Assembly: GCA_963695095.1 (NCBI GenBank)
Contig: CAVOFT010000001.1
Span: forward strand, 2,528,001 to 2,592,000
DNA length: 64,000 nucleotides
Direction: 5' to 3'
DNA from: an uncultured bacterium
GTDB lineage: Bacteria; Krumholzibacteriota; Krumholzibacteriia; JACNKJ01
Both the position numbers and the translations under genes were made by a program. The number at the start of each line of letters is the position of its first letter. Position 1 is the first letter of the stretch. Below the pieces are notes generated by a model, which saw only the letters and a list, made by a program, of their open reading frames with translations, was not told where the DNA came from and ran no database searches. Positions 60,359 to 64,000 of the stretch are shown here, in pieces.

Positions 60359-60916
60359 ATGAGACTCGCTACTTTGATCATCGTCGGTTTGCTGCTCATC
60401 GCCACGAGCGCGCTGGCTGAGAAGGCTCCCTACGATTACGGCACCGACAACGGCCTCGTCGAGCGCCAGGGCGGCGACACCGTCGCCACCGCCACGGCGA
60501 TCACGGTGCTGCCCTTCTCGGGCGCCGGCACCACCGTTGGCTACACCAACAACTACGACGCCGTTTGCCCCTACACCGGCTCCACGTCGCCCGACGTCGT
60601 GTACTCGCTGGTGCCCTGCATGGACGGCGCCCTGGACATCACCCTCTGCGCGGGCTCGCTGTATGACACCAAGCTGTACGTCCTGGACGCGGCCCTGACC
60701 GTCATCGCCTGCAACGACGACCTCTGCCCGGGCTATGTCTCCGAGCTGACGGCCGCCAACGGCGAAGCGGTTCCCGTGACCGCCGGCGCGACCTACTACA
60801 TCGTGGTCGATGGCTACTTCGGTGCCAGCGGCAGCTACACGATCGACGTCACCGGCATGGACTGCACGACGGCTGTCGAGCAGAACAGCTTCAGCACCGT
60901 CAAGAGCCTGTTCTAG
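60359..60916 (+). CDS. Secreted PPC-like domain protein with degenerate sorting tail (TAVEQNSFSTVKSLF)
   Basis: AGGAGG RBS, signal peptide, DVVY, YDTKLYV, CNDD, TYYIVVDG. Confidence 0.85.
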   Translation: MRLATLIIVGLLLIATSALAEKAPYDYGTDNGLVERQGGDTVATATAITVLPFSGAGTTVGYTNNYDAVCPYTGSTSPDVVYSLVPCMDGALDITLCAGSLYDTKLYVLDAALTVIACNDDLCPGYVSELTAANGEAVPVTAGATYYIVVDGYFGASGSYTIDVTGMDCTTAVEQNSFSTVKSLF

Positions 60917-60944
60917 GCCCAGCGACGCTGCAAGGTCTCCGGTT

Positions 60945-60976
60945 ACCCCGCCTCCTCGGAGGCGGGGTTTTCCTTT
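60945..60976 (+). terminator. Intrinsic terminator
   Basis: ACCCCGCCTCC-tc-GGAGGCGGGGT followed by TTTCCTTT. Confidence 0.8.
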
Positions 60977-60995
60977 GTCCCGGATCGCCCCGCGG

Positions 60996-62161
60996 CTAGC
61001 TGCGCAGGGCCTCGGCGATCACGCGGCGGGCGGCGCTGCGGGCGGGAAACCAGCCGCCGACGAGGCCCAGCAGCGAGCGCGGCCAGCATTCCCGTCATCA
61101 GGATGCCGGGCGTGATCCGGAAGCGGAAGGCCACCTCGCTGAAGCTCGACCAGTTGGTGGTGCCGGTCGAGACGCCGTGGATGGGCAGGGCGAGCAGGCA
61201 GCCCAGCAGGCCGCCGACGAGCGCGATCAGCACCGACTCGAAGACGAAGCTGGCCATGACCTGCCGCGGCTGGAAGCCCAGCGCGAGCAGGGTGCCGATC
61301 TCGCGCGCGCGGGCGCCGACGGCGGCGTACATGGTGTTCAGGGCGCCGAAGATGGCGCCGGAGGCCATCACGACGACGAGGAAGTAGCCGAGCCCGCGCA
61401 GGAGCTGTGCGAGTTGCTGGGATTGGGCGGCGTAGAACTCGGACTCCCGCCGCAGATCCACGCGCAGCCGGGGGTCGGCCTCCAGGCGCTGCTTGACGGC
61501 GGCGAAGCGGCTGGGGTCGGCCATGCGCAAGGTGACCGAGGAGTAGCCGTCGCGGTCGAAGACCGGCATCAGCAGCTCCGCGTCACCCCAGATCTCGGAC
61601 TCGAAGGCGCTGCCCGCTGCCGCGAAGACGCCCACCACCCGCCAGTCGCGCGAGCCCAGGCGCAGGCTCTCCCCCAGCCCCGCGCCGCGGAAGCGCGCCG
61701 CGGCCCCGATGCCGACCACCACCTCGTCCAGTCCCGGCGCGAAGAAGCGCCCGGCCACCAGGCGCAGCTCCGGCCTGCAGCGCCAGCACGCGCGGCTCGA
61801 CGCCGCGCACGGTGACGTTGGTGGTCGTCGCGCCGCCGCGCCGGGCGAGGGTCGTGAGCACCACGGTCTCGGCGCTGGCCAGCGGCCGGCCGTCGCCGAG
61901 CCGCGCCACCGCTTCATCGGCAAGCAGAATGCGCGCCGCGTCGCGCTCGATGCCCGACTCGATCTCGCTGGTCGCCCCCGTGCGCAGGACATGCAAGTTG
62001 TCCGGACGGCCGGTGCCGACCAGGGTCTGCTGGAAACCGTTGGCGAGGGCGAGGGTCAGCACGAGCACGGCGACGACGAGGGCGATGCCGCCGGCCGTCA
62101 TCAGCGTGGCGGCCTTGCGCACGCGCAGGTTGCGCAGGTTATAGGCCAGAGGGATCGCCAT
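60996..62161 (-). CDS. ABC permease; insertions near 61777 and 61071
   Basis: MAIPLAYNLRNL, FESEIWGD, LNTMYAAV..RAREIGTLLALGF, GGWFPA...EALRS*. Confidence 0.85.
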
Positions 62162-62177
62162 GCCCGCTCCTTTCGCC

Positions 62178-63326
62178 TCAGCCCGCATGCCGCAGGGCGT
62201 CGGTGATGCGCAGGCGCGCCGCGTTGAGGGCGGGGATGGCGCCGCTGATGAGGCCGAGGAAGGCGGCGATCCCCAGCGCTCGCGCCATCGTGCCTCCAGT
62301 GACGACGAAGCGCGGGAAGAAGCCGCCGGCCGTGAAGTCGCTGGCCGCGAAGACGAGGCGCGCGAGCCCGGCCCCCAGCACGCCGCCCGTGAGGCCCAGC
62401 AGCATCGACTCGGCGAGCACGAGGCCGAGCACCGTGCGATCCGTGAAGCCGATCGCCTTGAGGATGGCGATCTCCCGCGTCCGCTCGCGCGCGGCCATCA
62501 TCATCGTGTTCATCGAGACGAGCAGGATGGCGATGACGATGGCAGTGCCGATCGCGTAGATCACCATGCGGATGTTGCCGAGCATGGTGATGAAGCCGAG
62601 CTGGAAGGCCTTCTCGGTCTCGGTCTTGGTCTCCGCCGGGCTGTTGGCGAAGCTGAGGTCGATGGCTTGCCCCACCTCGCCGGCCCGCTCCGGATCGTCG
62701 ATGAGCACCGTATAGACTCCGACCAGTCCGGGATTGCCCATGCGCTCGTTCAGGTAGTCCCAGGAAAACAGCATCCAGTTTGTGTCCAGGTCCGGCGAGG
62801 TGCTGCGCGCGATGCCGCGCACGGTGAAGTCCCAGCGCCCGGGGAAGATGGTGCCGCGCAGCGTGATCTGCTGGCCGACGGCGAAACCGAAGCGCTCGGC
62901 CAGCTTGGCGCCGACGATGCAGGCCGTGCGCTCGCGCTCGAGCACGTCCCGCGCCTCGGGCGGCGACACGGCGTACTCGGGGTACATCGGCATGTAGCTG
63001 CGGGGATCGACGGCGAACTGGGCGAAGAAGTTGCGCTCGTCGACATAGACGCCGCCGAACCAGTTCGACCAGGTCACGGCGCGGACGCCCGGCACCTGCG
63101 TCAAGCGATCGCGGTAGGCGAGCGGCAGCGGAAAGATCAGCGAGGTGCTCCGCCGCACGATGAGGCGCGTGGCGCCGGCGCTCTGCAGCGAGGCGTCGAA
63201 GGAGGTGAGCACCGTGCGCAGGGTGGCGAAGAGGAAGAGCGAGACCACGATCGACAGCACGGTGAGCACCGTGCGCCGCTTGCTGCGCAGGAGGCTGCGC
63301 AGCACGAAGGGCAGGAAGCGCATCAT
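62178..63326 (-). CDS. ABC permease
   Basis: [27 protein letters not shown]. Confidence 0.9.
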   Translation of the reverse strand: MMRFLPFVLRSLLRSKRRTVLTVLSIVVSLFLFATLRTVLTSFDASLQSAGATRLIVRRSTSLIFPLPLAYRDRLTQVPGVRAVTWSNWFGGVYVDERNFFAQFAVDPRSYMPMYPEYAVSPPEARDVLERERTACIVGAKLAERFGFAVGQQITLRGTIFPGRWDFTVRGIARSTSPDLDTNWMLFSWDYLNERMGNPGLVGVYTVLIDDPERAGEVGQAIDLSFANSPAETKTETEKAFQLGFITMLGNIRMVIYAIGTAIVIAILLVSMNTMMMAARERTREIAILKAIGFTDRTVLGLVLAESMLLGLTGGVLGAGLARLVFAASDFTAGGFFPRFVVTGGTMARALGIAAFLGLISGAIPALNAARLRITDALRHAG

Positions 63327-63339
63327 GGCGAATCGCCCA

Positions 63340-64000
63340 TCAGCCGCGCGGCTCCGCGCGACGAACGGACTCGACCAGCACGCCCTTGTCCAGGTGCAGG
63401 ATGCGATCGGCGCGCTCGGCGGCGCGCGGGTCGTGGGTGACCATGACGATGGTCATCCCCGATTCCAGGTGCAGGCGCTGGAGCAGCGAGAGCACGGCCT
63501 CGGCGCTCACGGCGTCGAGGTCGCCGGTGGGCTCGTCGGCGACGAGCAGGGTGGGGTCGGTGATGATCGCCCGCGCGATCGCCACGCGCTGCTCCTGGCC
63601 GCCCGAGAGCTGGCGCGGGTAGTGGTCGACGCGGTCGGAAAGGCCCACCACCGCCAGCGCGGCCAGCACGTGCTCGCGGCGGCGCCGGCGATCGAGCCCC
63701 GTGAGCAGGAGCGGCAGCTCCACGTTCTGGAAGGCGGTGAGCACCGGGATCAGGTTGTAGGACTGGAAGATGAAGCCCACGTGGCGCGCGCGGTAGGCGG
63801 CCAGCTCCGCGCCCGTGAGCGCGCCCAGCTCGATGCCGGTCACCTCGACGCTGCCCGCCGTCGGCACATCGATGCCGCTGATCAGATTGAGGATCGTCGA
63901 CTTGCCCGAGCCCGAGGGGCCCATCAGGGCGAGGAACTCGCCGCGCGCAATGTCCAGATCGAGAGCGGCCAGTACCGGCACCTCGAACTCGTCGCGCCGG
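63340..64000 (-). CDS. ABC ATP-binding protein (start beyond the right edge)
   Basis: [31 protein letters not shown]; frame stays open to the edge. Confidence 0.92.
   Translation of the reverse strand, partial: RRDEFEVPVLAALDLDIARGEFLALMGPSGSGKSTILNLISGIDVPTAGSVEVTGIELGALTGAELAAYRARHVGFIFQSYNLIPVLTAFQNVELPLLLTGLDRRRRREHVLAALAVVGLSDRVDHYPRQLSGGQEQRVAIARAIITDPTLLVADEPTGDLDAVSAEAVLSLLQRLHLESGMTIVMVTHDPRAAERADRILHLDKGVLVESVRRAEPRG

Overview
High-GC (about 70%) bacterial chromosomal window. The gene content (FlgD-Ig/T9SS-like 'PNPFNP' C-terminal domains, 'WGxIKALY' tails, TonB receptor) suggests an uncultured FCB-group lineage such as Latescibacterota/Krumholzibacteriota; this is inference only. 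From left to right: (i) an envelope cluster with a dockerin-like protein, three paralogous secreted beta-rich proteins ending in WG(S/Q)IKALY, and a truncated gingipain/PorU-like (C25) gene that the ORF track misses; (ii) tRNA-Val and a tightly coupled 12.7 kb minus-strand run (tdk, yggS, PNP, ileS, lspA, rluD, RsbV/W/U-like module, ruvX, mltG, larE, DUF3098-like); (iii) an orphan rplC, citrate synthase, FGE/SUMF1 proteins, CTD-bearing secreted hydrolases and a Na/Pi-Ppx pair; (iv) a B12-dependent CarH/LitR-type regulator with visible operator repeats over the promoter of a fasciclin-DUF4397 operon, next to a TonB receptor; (v) an ArsR-rhodanese/MMPL/LolA-like/beta-barrel/DUF2892 operon, a tripartite RND pump, a Mo-oxidoreductase with fused DmsB-DmsC, ABC exporters, SPFH-Arc and a glutaminyl cyclase. 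About a dozen single-base insertions break otherwise intact genes and are probably sequencing errors. No CRISPR array, rRNA or mobile element was seen. The best candidate for a new system is the WGxIKALY sorting/assembly cluster at 1-4400.
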